This document shows positions 40,432 through 54,842 of a stretch of 64,000 nt of DNA, piece by piece. Each line of letters starts with the position of its first letter. Position 1 is the first letter of the stretch. The notes beneath the pieces are model-generated. The model had not been told where the DNA came from. It did not search any database and saw only the letters and a list, made by a program, of their open reading frames with translations. The stretch comes from Octopus vulgaris (taxonomy: Eukaryota), in the NCBI GenBank assembly GCA_951406725.2, contig OX597829.1, positions 8,246,001-8,310,000 on the forward strand, read 5' to 3'. The translations under genes and the position numbers were made by a program.

Positions 40432-40632
40432 ATATTAGAGGGAAACCACTATGTGGACACCCATATGCTACAAATAGATCCGCTATGGTCTTACCACTAA
40501 GAAATGTTCTCAAGAAAATTTTAGCATTTTGGTTGTTTTGGTAAATTTTTCTTGAGAACATTTCTTGGTGGTGAAAACATAGCGTATCTATTTCTAGCGT
40601 ATGGGTGTACACATAGTGGTTTCTCTCTAATA
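40432..40632. repeat. Fold-back inverted repeat (~90-bp arms, ~21-nt loop) between (TA)n tracts
   Basis: atattagagggaaaccactatgtggacacccatatgct...aagaaatgttctcaagaaaattt pairs with aaatttttcttgagaacatttctt...acacatagtggtttctctctaatat. Confidence 0.92.
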
Positions 40633-40748
40633 TATATATATAATACAATTTTACTGAACCTTCAGTTTTTTTATGCTCGACCACTGGTGTAAAATCGATG
40701 TGAATTAAATTAATATCTAATTTCTCACCCTTATTTTAAATTTAAAAT

Positions 40749-40812
<64 letters not shown>

Positions 40813-40824
40813 CATATACATATA

Positions 40825-41354
40825 TTAGGAAAAATAAGGAAACGCAGATAAAATTGATAATTGATAAAACCTCATTTATTATTTATTGATTATAAAAAGA
40901 CAATATCTCATCTTACATGTTAACCCTTTGGAAATCTTTCGACCGACTTAACATCAATTGGTATAAAACCTTATTTCCTCTATTTTGTCTCACTTTCTCT
41001 TCTTTTTCTTTATTTTTACTCTCTGATGAAGTTCTACTATTTAAGTTGGTGTAATTATTTACAATGATAATAATAATAATTATTTTTAATAATTAAACCT
41101 GATTATGCCTAAAATAGCGTGAACAGAAACAGCTGTAAAATGAGATATTGTCTTTTTATCATTAATAAATAATAAATGACGTTTTATCAATTATCAATTT
41201 TATCTCCATTTTCTTGTTTTTCCTTAAATATAAACTTTAGTTTATTCCGTTCTTTGCCTATCATTTATCACCATTAATACTAATACTCATAATCACATAT
41301 AGGTAAGACACCAGTAATTCATTGGACAGCTTTTATAACCTCTAATTGAACTCG

Positions 41355-41357
<3 letters not shown>
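40825..41357. mobile_element. Non-coding PLE-like element: ~93-bp inverted arms around an HHR motif
   Basis: 40825-40917 is the reverse complement of 41134-41227. The tail at 41300-41347 resembles the reverse complement of 11654-11725. (TA)n lies on both sides. Confidence 0.7.
41017..41144 (+). ncRNA. Type I HHR motif with a long stem II
   Basis: CTGATGA(41023)-A-GTTC..CTATTTAAG..GGTGTAATT...GATTATGCC-TAAAATAG..GAAC-A-GAAA(41126)-CAGCTG-TA. Stem I is weak. Confidence 0.65.
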
Positions 41358-41424
<67 letters not shown>

Positions 41425-41425
41425 G

Positions 41426-41486
<61 letters not shown>

Positions 41487-41681
41487 ATATATTTGAATTT
41501 ACAGACTTCGAAAGAGCATGAAATAATTCTGTTTTGTAACGGTGAAACTCGAAGCTGATATCGCTAAATATTGACTACGTATAATTGTTTAAATGCTATT
41601 ATACATATTTACATACATGTATGCATGTAAGTATATATATATATATATATGCATTCCTGCTTACTTACCAACATAATATAG

Positions 41682-41720
<39 letters not shown>

Positions 41721-42095
41721 CATATGATTGTAATTATGAAGATTATGAAGATTAATCCATAAGTTACCACAAATCTCGATACTGTTTCCTGAAGCAGATT
41801 ATATTTCCTCACGTAAAATTTGTACGGCCAACGGATCAAATAGTTACATATACTCGTGTACACGTACATACATGCACGCTCGCGCACCGCCCCCCACACG
41901 AAGACAATGTATCTTAATTATAGTGTAATTTTAACACACTAAAATTCTTGGAATTTAATCAACTCAACTCAACTCAAAGATCATTCAATATGTATTTTTT
42001 AGCCTAAATGGATTGATGTTGTTTAGCTTGAGCTCAACTCTGTTTGAGCAGTCTAACAGTAACATCCTGGGTTCCTTTTACCTTCTGCCTTTCTG

Positions 42096-42200
<105 letters not shown>

Positions 42201-43984
42201 TGGAACCGATGCTATATCCAAGATTTTAACATTTCTGTAATTGCCCCCCCCCCTCCCAAAAAAAAAATCACTGAAAAATTTTGAAAATGTCCGTTACGCT
42301 GTACTGAAGCTAATTACAAGGACTAAAATTTTGTGAAGTGGACAGTTGTGAGATAGCTTGGGCCATGGCGACATGGCCTCATAGATGATAAAACAACCAA
42401 ACACCTAACACATCGTGGCTATTCTCCGTTCAGTTTGTAACTTCGTCGTCCAGCCTGAAAGCGTATTCAAACTGTGTAGAATGAACAACCATAAGTTCAA
42501 TACAAACTGACAGTTACATTTAATTGATCTCAATGCCTTGGTTAATACTTTATTTTACTACTCTCCAATTGTTGACTATTACTTATATAATAAATGTAAA
42601 TATACTATTAGTACCTGTTTAATCAATGTATTATTTAATTCAATGATGTCCCAACTTTTCGCTATGATGGATTTTTGGTAGAACATATGATTTTCACAAT
42701 AGTCATCTGACGAGTGGTGTTCTAAGCTCCTAATTTTCAATTAATTCCATGTCATACTTGTTAGGTAAAGATCATCATCTGCCGATTTCTACTTGGCGAT
42801 CCTTCGACAGCTTGTATTCCTTCTTTCCTCTGCGTATCTATCTAAAATTTACTTTGCTAGACATCCCAAGTATTATTTTTAATGACCACAAAAGCATAAC
42901 AGGTTATGCTGAGATTTGAAATAAGATCATAAAGAAATATAATTGGCACAAGACATTTAGTTCACAAGCATTAACGCTTACATTACAAATATTAGTTGAG
43001 TTTTTTTCCCTATTTTTCTTTTCAAATAGATACGAAGATTTTCGGGAGTAAGAAGTAAGTGTAATACAACATCCTTACTTTCCTCGATGAGATTATTGGC
43101 TTTAGTAGTGTGTGATTTATCTGCAGTGAGAAGTGAACACCACAGACCGACATTCTTGGCCATATAAAATATCTTTGCTTTTCTTAGTGATGTAAAGAGC
43201 GTTTATATTGGGTCATTTATATTCAGCTGAAAATAAAAAATGCACAACGATGTATTAGGAGAATATAGGATGGCGCTCTTCAGTTTTTATGTTACGGCCA
43301 AATTGATAGTATATAACTGAAACGTATAAAAGAATAAAAGAATAATCTAATTAAAATATTTTATAGCAACACACCCGAGTCCTCCCTTGCATCAGTGATA
43401 AAGATTATGAATTTAAAATATTTATATTTCAATTAAAATTCACTAGCATAATTTTATGTAAAAATTACCGTTCTATTACTAATAAATTTACTAAACTCCA
43501 TTTTGCTGATTTTAAAAGTTAATTAAAATACATAAATTGTATTTCATAAGAATTATAGTCACAAATGGGTTATTTGCTTAACATATGTTTATGTACAAGT
43601 AGTTTACTGTTAGTGAAGATTTTCTGACTTTAGTTTATCATTTAGCAGCAGTGAAGAGATAAGCAAAATCTTTAGACTGTCCTCAGGGAATGTATATTTT
43701 ATTTGAAAGACAGTAGGTTTATATTTTGACAACCAATGAAAAGGATGTGCCTGGTGCTAATGTGACAGAATTTTGGCTACTACTAAAATTACTGAGTTCC
43801 TATTTTCTTAATATGTCAGAAAAAGAATATGTAAACAACAACATTAAAAAAGAAAAAAGAACATGTTTGACACTCTAGCGAAACTGTGAGGTATTAATCA
43901 GGTGCTGAGCTATGAGTTCATAGCATCTTATAGTGGAAACAGCTATAAGCTAACCAAATTCATAAGATAATCGATTATTCCTTT

Positions 43985-44248
<264 letters not shown>

Positions 44249-45551
44249 TTTGCTGTCAACACCCGTTAAAAGGAGGACTGGGCATGCCGTGGTTGATGAT
44301 GCGCAGACACGCGCTGCTGACAGCGACATCTCTGGCTCTATGTAGACGACGGTGAACATGTGTGGTCGCCGTTTGTGAGGCGCGCTTTCCCGCAACTCGT
44401 CTCCATGACCGAACTGCAGTCGTGGATCAAAAAGAGGCCGAGGAAGGGCGAATGGCACCGCGAGTGTCGCGTTGCTCTCAAGCAACTCTGTCGTCAAGGG
44501 TCGACCTTGTGTGATTCCAACACAGCCAAAGCATTCTATAGGTGATTAGTGGAGGGGAGGTACGACGACAATCTTGGGGCGAACCTGGGCGTCGACGAGG
44601 AACACCTGACCCGCCTGTTTGAGACAACTTTCGGGCCAGGGCCCATGGACAACTTCCAGAGATCCCTGGCCTGGCAGTGCTACCGAGAAGCGCTACCCAT
44701 TCGGGATAAGCTCTACAGACACGGCTCGAGAAACACGGGGCCGGCCTGCCCGAGATGCGGTCAGAGCGACGAAACCGTTCTGCACGCACTCGCACAGTGT
44801 CCAACAATTTCCGACCTGTGGGCTTATGTCGAACAACTGCTGTCACGTGTGGGACGAGTCGGTTTATCAGCTGAGTCTATCATCAATATTGTCACGCCTC
44901 CTTCCTTCAAACGGGAAGGAAGAGCTATTTTCATCATCCCTGTGGCTATGGCGAAAGAATGTATCTGGTGGACGCGTCTGAAAGGATTGGAGACAAACAC
45001 TTTCCTCTCTGGTCAATCTCTCATCAACTTCTTCAAGTACCACTTGAAAAGGAAAGTGAGAGTAGAGAGACAAGTTTTGTCTAGCGAATGTTTTAAAAAA
45101 AGATGGGTGAATGTATCACGTATGAATGACGAAGCCACCTTGAGCATAATCCTATGAACCCAGAAATTGAAAGCAGAGGGTTACCCACTTGGAAACGAAT
45201 GTGTTAACATGTAACAATATTGACCGAGGTTACCGTGGTCTTTTTCGTAGGCTTTTCTTCCCACGGATAAACCTTATCTGCTCCCCCCTTTACACCGTAC
45301 ATCATGACACTGTGATACACGATCCCTGTTGATCGTTTTTTTTCGTCTTCCCCTTTTTTCCTTTTCTTCTTCTTTTTACTTTTTTCTTTTCTTTTGTTTC
45401 TTTTCCTTTTTTCTCTTTTTTTCTTTTTTCCCTTTTACGATCCCTTTTGATCGAAAACCTACGCCACTTTTTTTTTCATTCCCCGAAAGAAAAGCTCTAC
45501 CTTGTAATTTGTCCCATCTGTGTGCAGCCCTGTGTGGCTAATAAAGAAACT
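44249..45551 (+). mobile_element. 5'-truncated Tx1/L1-like LINE (end of ORF2 plus 3' UTR)
   Basis: [11 protein letters not shown], then a zinc finger CPRCGQSDETVLHALAQC and IWWTR. One premature TGA near 44543 and the stop at 45155-45157, followed by a T-rich UTR and AATAAA at 45540. GC-rich relative to the flanks. Confidence 0.88.
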
Positions 45552-45568
45552 TATCTATCTATCTATGA

Positions 45569-45612
<44 letters not shown>

Positions 45613-45614
45613 GA

Positions 45615-45659
<45 letters not shown>

Positions 45660-45753
45660 ATGACTGTCTCTCTCTCTCTCTCTCTCTCTATCTGTCTATC
45701 TAGCTAGCTAGCTAGTTAACTCTCCTCCCTCTCTCTCTCTCTATATATATATT

Positions 45754-45831
<78 letters not shown>

Positions 45832-46329
45832 CAGACAGATAGATAGATAGACAGAGACACAGATAATGTTATAATAAAAGTCTGAACAAATCTTATTAAA
45901 TACAGCTATCCAGGGTTTCGTGGCCGAAATAAGTATTTATTTTGCCATTTATCGAGTTGAGAACAAGACCGTTTGTTAGTTATATATAAATTTCTCACTA
46001 AAAGCTTTGGAAAACTTTAGGCTATGGTAAAAAAACATAGACTCAAGAAATGTTTTTGATATAGAATACGAACCGTACACTATTCTATTTAGAATTTTAG
46101 CATTATAAATAACCTAAATTTTATAAGTCATTCCATAAAGACTATGTGAATTTCGTCAACTGATTTTATTTTCCTCATTCCTTGTTCTTCGCAGTAGAAA
46201 TGTCAATATGGTTTAGAAGATCATATCATAACCACCACGTTTCGAGTTTAGTTCCACTACTCGTCATCTTGGACGGTAGTCTTTTACTATAACCTCTGGC
46301 TAACAGTTATCTAGTTACGAATCCCCTCA

Positions 46330-46371
46330 TGTGTGTATGCATGCATGCATGCATGCATGCATGTATGTATG

Positions 46372-46405
<34 letters not shown>

Positions 46406-46594
46406 TGTATGTATGTATGTATGCATGCATGTATGTATGTATGTATGTATGTATGTATGTATGTATGTATGTATGTATGTATGTATGTATGTATGTATGT
46501 ATGTATGTATGTATGTATTATGTATGTATGTATGTATGTATGTATGTATGTATGTATGTATGTATGTATGTATGTATGTATGTATGTATGTATG

Positions 46595-46626
<32 letters not shown>

Positions 46627-46660
46627 TGTATGTATGCATGCATGCATGTATGCATGTATG
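46330..46660. repeat. (TATG)n/(CATG)n array
   Basis: Directly visible. Confidence 0.97.
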
Positions 46661-46869
46661 TATCTCATTATTCAGTTTATTTCGAGACTTCTTGCCAATA
46701 GAGAAAGAACCAGTTTCTAATCTAGATCCAAGGTTACTTCAACATCAACAACAGGGTATTATGTATGTATGTGTGTATGTATGTATGTATATATGTATGC
46801 ATGTATGTATGTATGTATGTATGTATGTGATGTATGTATCTCTCTCTCCCCCTCTCTTTATACAAGCCC

Positions 46870-46907
<38 letters not shown>

Positions 46908-48711
46908 GCACATATACACATGCAGGTAAGTATAAATCCCTATATATGTCCATCACATGTCTGTGTCTAAGCTCGTGTCTAGTAACTTAGAAGCCCCATG
47001 CATTAAAATTAATACACAATAATTGCTGGGGTAGATTTGATCGACCAAACCCTTGAATACTACTGCATCTTACCCACAGTATAATGAGAGAAAGTAGGAG
47101 AAAAAAGTAACAGAAAGTGGAATAATGCTACCATCAAATCATCAAATATCAGACGATAAATCAAATAGTGAACTAAATCTAACTCAGGTGTGTACCTATT
47201 ACCAGGCTATCAAGTTCTTTCGTTAATCACTATAAACGAGAAATCTGTTACATCATAATCTTTTTTCAGTTTCATTTAGTTTTGTTTTTACTTGTTGCAG
47301 TCTAGTCTTCAGGTTGCGGTGCATATCAAAACAGCGAAAATGAAGTTTAATCACAGTATATAAGCATGTAACTGGTACATGTTTTATCGACATCAGAACG
47401 TTGATATATAAAGTTAACTTTGGCAGGATTTCAATTTGTCTTACAAAAAAAAAAAAAGAAAAAAAAATCCTAGTCATGTACCGAGGTTGAATGGTTTAAT
47501 TAGTTACACTCCTTATTTATAAATTTGTGGCCTTGTGCCAAGATGAGACGCGATTATTTGTTCTCAGACCTAGTTTTGTTTTTTATTGACTAGACATGCT
47601 TCCTTGCTAAGCATATTAAGACCTCCACAGTGTGAGCCTGCAATTAATTTTCAGTCAATTGAGGCATTTAAACGAATAGGTTCCGCAGGCTGCACCTCTA
47701 ATATCAGCATTCATGCATATTTGGCAGCTATTTTATAGTTCAAAGAAACCACCACCCCTAATCGCCCCACTAATACTAACAAAAGCAGCAGCAGCAGCAA
47801 GAAGAACAACAACAACAACAGTACTGCTAATGTCACTGTTACTGCTGCTGCTGCTTGTTCTGTATGTTCTCTTCATTCTCGTTCTCACTTTCTCACTTTA
47901 CGTTCTCTTTTATCTTCGTGTCTTCTCTAATTCTCTCTTTCCCTCTCCGCTTCTTTCCTACCCTTTCCCTTTTACTCACGACTGCCTTCTCGTTCGCTCA
48001 CATTCTCTCTAAACTGTCTCTGTTTTCTCTCGACATCAGCAGAGGTGGGTTTCACTTACAAAACATAAACAATAACACGAGGGATGCTACTACTCAGCTG
48101 TTTCGACTGCCACGAAACCTACACATACTCATATTAACCGTGCTATTTTCGTAGTGCAATGATGTATCATAACAACAGTAACAGAAGCAACAATTTATTT
48201 CTATCCGTCTCTTAGTACGTGTGTATGAAAATATACGCATGCATGCATATGTATGTATGTATGTATGCATGTGGGAGAGAGATAGAATGTATATAGATAT
48301 GTGAGCATATTTATAAGAATGCATATGTATGCATGTTTGTATTTACGCTATGTGTGCTATGCCTCGATGTGTGTGTATATATTTGTGACATTGTGTATGT
48401 GTGTGTATATATTTGTGACATTGTGTGAACCCATGTACGTATATATGTTACTACGCATGTACGTCAATATGTATGAATGCATGCATGTATGTTTAACTAA
48501 GAATATGCTATAGTATGATAGATGTGACAGGAGTAATAGCTTGCGTATGAATGAGTACATAGCTAAGTATATGTATTTAGGTTTATGTATATATCTGCAT
48601 GCACAATAATATACGTCATATGTAAATAATTTCAACTATACGTATGCTCATGTAGCTTCTTTCCCACATGTGCAAATACTTCACATGAAATTATATGTAA
48701 ATAATATTTCA

Positions 48712-49080
48712 TCGTCATGGCATTCCGTCGGTTGCGACGACGAGGGTTCCAGTTGATCTGATCAACGGAACAGCCTTCTCATGAAATTAACGTGCAAGTG
48801 ACTGAGCAATCCACAGACACGTGTACCCTTAACGTATTTCAGCGTGACACAGAGTGTGACAAGGCTGGCCCCTATGAAATACAGGTACATTAGAAAGAGG
48901 AAGAAAGAGTGAGAGAAAGTTGTGGTGAAAGAGTACAGAAGGGTTCACCACCACGCCCTGCCGGAGCCTCGTGGAACTTCAGATGTTTTCGCTCAATAAA
49001 CACTCACAACGCTGTCTGGGATTCGAAGCCGCAATCCTATGACCGCGAGTCCGCTTCCCTAACCACTGGGCCATTGCGCC
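48712..49080 (-). mobile_element. tRNA-derived SINE (family C tail, variant head)
   Basis: Minus-strand head ggcgcaatggcccagtggttaggg...ttcgaatccc. The tail is shared with 33013-33335. Confidence 0.78.
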
Positions 49081-49170
49081 TGCACAAATAATATATAAAT
49101 GTGTGTGTGTGTTGTGTGTGTATACATAAATACATACATACATACATACATACATACATACATACATACA

Positions 49171-49236
<66 letters not shown>

Positions 49237-49347
49237 CACACATACACACACACATACACACGTATAATCGATATAGAAAATGAAAAGGCAAAACGCATTT
49301 GACATCACTCGGAAAACATATTTAAATAGAGAATATAAACAGATGGA

Positions 49348-49437
49348 GTCTCTTACAGCTGTTTCTAGAAGAGCCAACGATGTGGACCATGATACTGAAT
49401 AGATTTCATCAGTTACGTATTTCGTCATCAGAGAGAG
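49348..49437 (-). ncRNA. Type I HHR motif with a good stem I and degenerate stem II
   Basis: Minus strand TCTCT-CTGATGA-cgaa...ttcta-GAAA-CAGCTG-TA|AGAGA. Confidence 0.6.
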
Positions 49438-49463
49438 AGGGAGAGAGAGATAGAGAGAGAGAA

Positions 49464-49504
<41 letters not shown>

Positions 49505-49648
49505 GAGAGAGAGACCCCAGAAGATATAGAAATGAAGAATACACCCCATCGAAGATATATGTAGTTTCCAGTTTGTCGAAACATGAATGAACCTTTTTTT
49601 TATATTATATTATATATATTATATATATATATGTGTGTGTGTGTGTGT

Positions 49649-49723
<75 letters not shown>

Positions 49724-49729
49724 TATACT

Positions 49730-49761
<32 letters not shown>

Positions 49762-49977
49762 CGTAAATGGACACACATGCACGTATATGTGTGTATAAAT
49801 ACACGCTAACATATACATACACTTTGAACAGAAGAAACTTATACAGCAAACGTGCATACAATCACATTAACAACGGCAGACATACACTCGTAAAGTTAGA
49901 AGCAAACTCAGCCGTGAACATACGTGTATGTCGGTCTGCAAATATATTTGTGTGTCCACGTGTCTGTTAGTTTGCTG

Positions 49978-50320
49978 ATGCGCCAGTAGGGCTTTACCGT
50001 GTGGATGGTCAGCAATGCGGCGAAATAACCCTCTTCGCATACGACAAAAACAAATTCCTTTTTCAGGAATCCGACGTGCTGCGGTACGTTCTCCGTTTCT
50101 TACCTTGCTACATCGGACGCCCTTAACGCAGAGCAGAGGAAGATAAACAAATACAAGAACCTAACCGATTTCTGCTGAGACCTCAGATGTTCTCGGACTC
50201 AGCACTGCTGATTTCCTCCGCAAAATCGGGATAACTGTGGCACATCTGAGAATGAAGCCCCGCGATGTGGGGTAGCTGTTGCGTCGAATGTCGCTAACCT
50301 TTCTCTACGACAATATTTTG
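49978..50320 (+). mobile_element. CRE-like non-LTR retrotransposon RLE remnant
   Basis: APVGLYRVDGQQCGEITLFAY (compare EP.GL.R.DGKRPDG.TL.PW), ALNAEQRKINKYKNL, VLGLSTADFLRKIG and LLRRMSL. Confidence 0.6.
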
Positions 50321-50546
50321 TAATGAAGGTGGTTCATATGAAATGATTTCACAAGAACTACTAGAAGCTTTGAATACACACTGAAATGCACGCATAAAAA
50401 CACGTACACACAAACGTTTCGTAGAAATACTCATTTACTTTCTTTTCTCTGTTCTCTTTCACTGGTTGTCACTCTTTCTAAAGCCTTTTAAATTCATTAC
50501 AATCAGTGATATTCTTGTTTTTTTAAAGAATATTAAGCGCGCGCGC

Positions 50547-50590
<44 letters not shown>

Positions 50591-51749
50591 TACGATGCAC
50601 AAAACTACATATTTATTTACATGTTCCCCCCTTTCGGTTTAGCCTTTTAGCGTTGAATCAATAAGGGAGCACCTACACTGTTGCTTGACGTGCAAGAAAT
50701 AGATGTTAAATCCTGTTCACTTCACAACCAGCTGATAAATGTATATTATATACACACGTCTGAGTATATGTTTACACAAACATACACAGACGTATACATA
50801 CATACGTATATAGATACGCACATAAATGCAACAATGTATATATGTATGTATATACGTATAAACATACATACATCCGTGCACACACATATACATACACATA
50901 TTGGCACACAGACATTCACACACATATATGCGTACATATATAGGCATACACTCATATGTACAAATCCGTATATATACGCATACATATGTACTAATATATT
51001 AAATGTGTATACACATACATTTATATACACGCACACAAGATATATTACTTGACTTCATCGCGCAAACGATGGCACCATTACAAGTTGTTCGACTCTAGAT
51101 GCATACCAGGGACATTTTAAAAATTTTATTTGTTAATAAAAATAAATCTTGGAGTCCGCGTTAAGCATTGCTGCATGTTGGATCTGGCCCGGAGACTGTG
51201 TTTTGGCCCTGCTCTAAACCATACTGCAAAATAGTCACTCAAATTTTCCTCTTCCAACAACTCATTCTTTTTTCCCCTACTCATTACCCTATAAAAGTCG
51301 AATTAAAATCTACAACACAAGGCTAAAACCTTTCTCACACACACAAATGAATATAAAATTTACATCTTTTTGCAATATCTGCTTCTAAGCTTAACTAGCA
51401 ACACTAGAAATCCTGATCAATAATTACAATAATAATAATTCGTATAGATCTTTGACATGTGGGTGAATGTCTATGTTTTAATCTTTTAATGATTGTTTAA
51501 TATTCCTGGTTATGTCAATTTTGAAGTGATGATCTATAATCACAAAAAGATTAAAGCCTTAATCATGCACACACACACACACACACATGTATTCAAACAT
51601 GTAAGGATATGTGTGCATTCATATATGTTATAGCATATACACAGGTATGCATACATGCATACATATATAAAATTAGTATAATGTGGTATAGTTTTGTTTT
51701 TTGTCCGTTCACCACAACAGAACTGATATCCTAAGATCAAGGTGTTACG

Positions 51750-52025
51750 TAAAAGGCACTGGTGTAAGCGCTGGTGTCACGTGAAAATCACTGGTACTGC
51801 CATCACTTAAGAAAACACTGGTGCTGAAGCCACGTAAAAATCACGCAGTACACTATGTAGAGTGGTTGGTATTAGGAAGGGCTGTAGAAACTAAGCAAAA
51901 ACAGACGAGGGAACCTGGTGCGGCCCCTGGCCTTGCCAGTTCCTGTCAAGCCGTCCAACCCAAGTTAGCATGGAAAACGGACGTTAAATGGTGATGGTGG
52001 TGATACTGATCCTGATGATAATGAA
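51750..52025 (+). mobile_element. Retroposon 3' segment with short internal repeats and a (GAT)-like tail
   Basis: Repeated cactggtg...cacgt(g/a)aaa units, then gcatggaaaacggacgttaaatg followed by gat/ggt repeats. Class uncertain. Confidence 0.5.
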
Positions 52026-53285
52026 GGATATATATATTTATATATATATATATATATACATATATCAATTGTAAATGTCATCTTTACCGCTACATTCCTA
52101 ACTCACTTTGTTTTTGATAAGAGAGTAACAGCTTTACCAATTTTTTTATCATGTATTCATTTGGAGACTGTTAACTGTCTTTGACTCATGAATCATTGTT
52201 AGTATTGTTACTTTAAGATCGGATCTTTTTGAGCAATGTTCACTGTATAAGTAGCGTAAAATATCACATTGGTTCGTGACTGATTTTGATGACGGTGATT
52301 GACATTTGATATAATTGCACAAATAAATAATCATACACATTATACACTCTTCTCTTTGTAGAAAACTGAAGGCAAATATATTTGGTGTACTTTATGTAAC
52401 CAGTCTTTTACAGCTGCAATGCATTTTGATGCATTTTCTTTTTTTTTGTTATTCCAACTTTACCTCATGAAGCGTGGACCTAAAATTATGTTCCTTACGT
52501 ATTAAAGATGAGGTCACGCTATACTCCTAGAGCGTAATGAAAAGGCATTTTTGTTTGTAGGTACGATTTCGATTTTAGATGTTTACATAGAAGCATTTGC
52601 CTTCTTGATGTGGGGGATGTCTTTATTACGTCTAGCTTTGTGTGAATGCTAGTGTGGCAGAAATTAGAACAGATGGATAGATATAAATCTAGGTTGACAG
52701 GTAGATTGCTTGGTAAGTAGCTAGATTGGTAAGGATATGTACACACACACTCACACACGCAAACATATGTACATGCCTATATAGGTATACTCTCATATAC
52801 ACATACATATATGTATGTATATATTTGTGGAGAAGGAAAGAAAAAGAAAATGATATAACCGGGGGATACACGATGAAATCTATTATTTATGGTTTTGTGT
52901 AAATATTAATGTGAAAGTACAAATGACAGGTAAGACTAGCAGCCGATAAGTCGCTGGTTCGTATTTTGTTACTGACAGAGTTATGTCATGAATTCAGACT
53001 GATACTTCTCAAACACTTATCATCAATAGGGCCAAGAGGAAAATATCTTAGGAGAGTATACTGCAGTAGCATTTCACATACGTAATAGAATGAGTTGAAA
53101 AACTTCTATTAATTAAAACTATTCCCGCAATTGAGGCAAATCCTTCTCTAAAGAAGACCTAACAATCCAAGAACAAGGGAGATAACCGCTCAGCTGCAAA
53201 AATGTACGTAGATAGAACAATGTACCGAGAGTAACGCATCTCTGTTAAATTGACAACTTGCCAATCACTGTATTGGATAATATAT

Positions 53286-53339
<54 letters not shown>

Positions 53340-54432
53340 ATAAACTCGAATGCATGTATCTGTATAGGTTTATTAGTTAAAATCGGGATTGAAGTTTGAA
53401 GAATAAGTTCAGTGGAATAACACCATCCTCTCCATCCGCCCACCAACCTATGTTCTGTTTGTATAAAACACAAGTGAAGTAGTTGTTTTTATAATTGTTG
53501 ATTTAATATAAAAATTGCAGTTTGTGTTGGAAATTTAAGGTAGATTCATTTTTAATAAAGAAGCCTGGTATTTTGTGTCAGCTTCCCTTGGCGGATTATA
53601 CATCCCAGAGTTTCGCGTGCATATATATATTTATAAAAATAATCTATTTACAATTCATGTCTTATAACACATCATTTTATATAAACACCATTTTTTTTTG
53701 TAATTAACCATGTCATAATCATCTAAGCTACAGCTTTTGTGCTTGTAAAAGAATTATCGTGTTGGACAGATAATCGGCAGTTCTCATCCCACATATCACT
53801 CCACTGCTTGCTTTTGGAAATGTAAAAATTTTTACTCTGCCTAGAGATTGTGTCGAAAAAGGTTATGTATTGGACAAGATTTAAAGCAATGAGGACATTG
53901 TCAAAAGTACTGTTTTTCTTTGGCCAATGATCTTAATTCCTTCAAGTATTACTTAGGAAAGAAGGTGAGGCAAAGAAGCTGTCGCTAGCGATTCGTCTTA
54001 ATCTTAATATGTGCATGTAAACAGAATACGGAAGCTTTGAGAGGCTACTTGCCCTTCAAGGTAATCTTGGATCTGTGGCAAGTGATTACTTGATTGGGCA
54101 TGAGAGCGTATATTCATATTTAGATGGATCGGTTCATTTCTTTTATCGTGTTGAGTTCTGAGTTTTTTTGTTGTTTTACCCCAACCAATTATAAATCAAC
54201 GGATTTATAATTTTCCCTTGTAAAGTACCCTCATTCACTGCTCTTTTGACAAATATATAATAGTGAATACTGTGAGTGATAGTTGTAATAAACATGGAGT
54301 TACTACGCTGTGCTGCATTATTTTTTATACGGGCAATACGATATACTTACGGATACGTTATACGTTTTAGAGACACGTAAGTCAACTAAATAATAATTTC
54401 TTTATTAGTCACGCAGGGTTTAGTTAACTAAA

Positions 54433-54494
<62 letters not shown>

Positions 54495-54658
54495 TGTATA
54501 CGCCTTAGAGAAGGAAACGTTTATTAAATAATATGTATATTACACACACCTTTATATATGTACACATACCCACACATATATACACATCCATGTATATAAC
54601 TACATGTGAATCGTTGGCGATTTATTCCTCCGTCTTCCTTTTCTATTGGACTTTCCTC

Positions 54659-54693
54659 TATTTCCGAAGAAGAGCTTTGCTCGAAACGTTAAA
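54659..54693 (+). ncRNA. Ultra-minimal type I HHR motif (U4C variant)
   Basis: TTT-CCGAAGA-A-GAGC-ttt-GCTC-GAAA-CG-TT|AAA, with palindromic ACGT stem III and a 3-bp stem I, between (TA)n tracts. Confidence 0.6.
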
Positions 54694-54726
54694 CCATCTT
54701 GCGTTGTTTTTTTTTGTGTTTTTTGC

Positions 54727-54770
<44 letters not shown>

Positions 54771-54793
54771 TTATAGATGTGTATGTATGCGTG

Positions 54794-54842
<49 letters not shown>

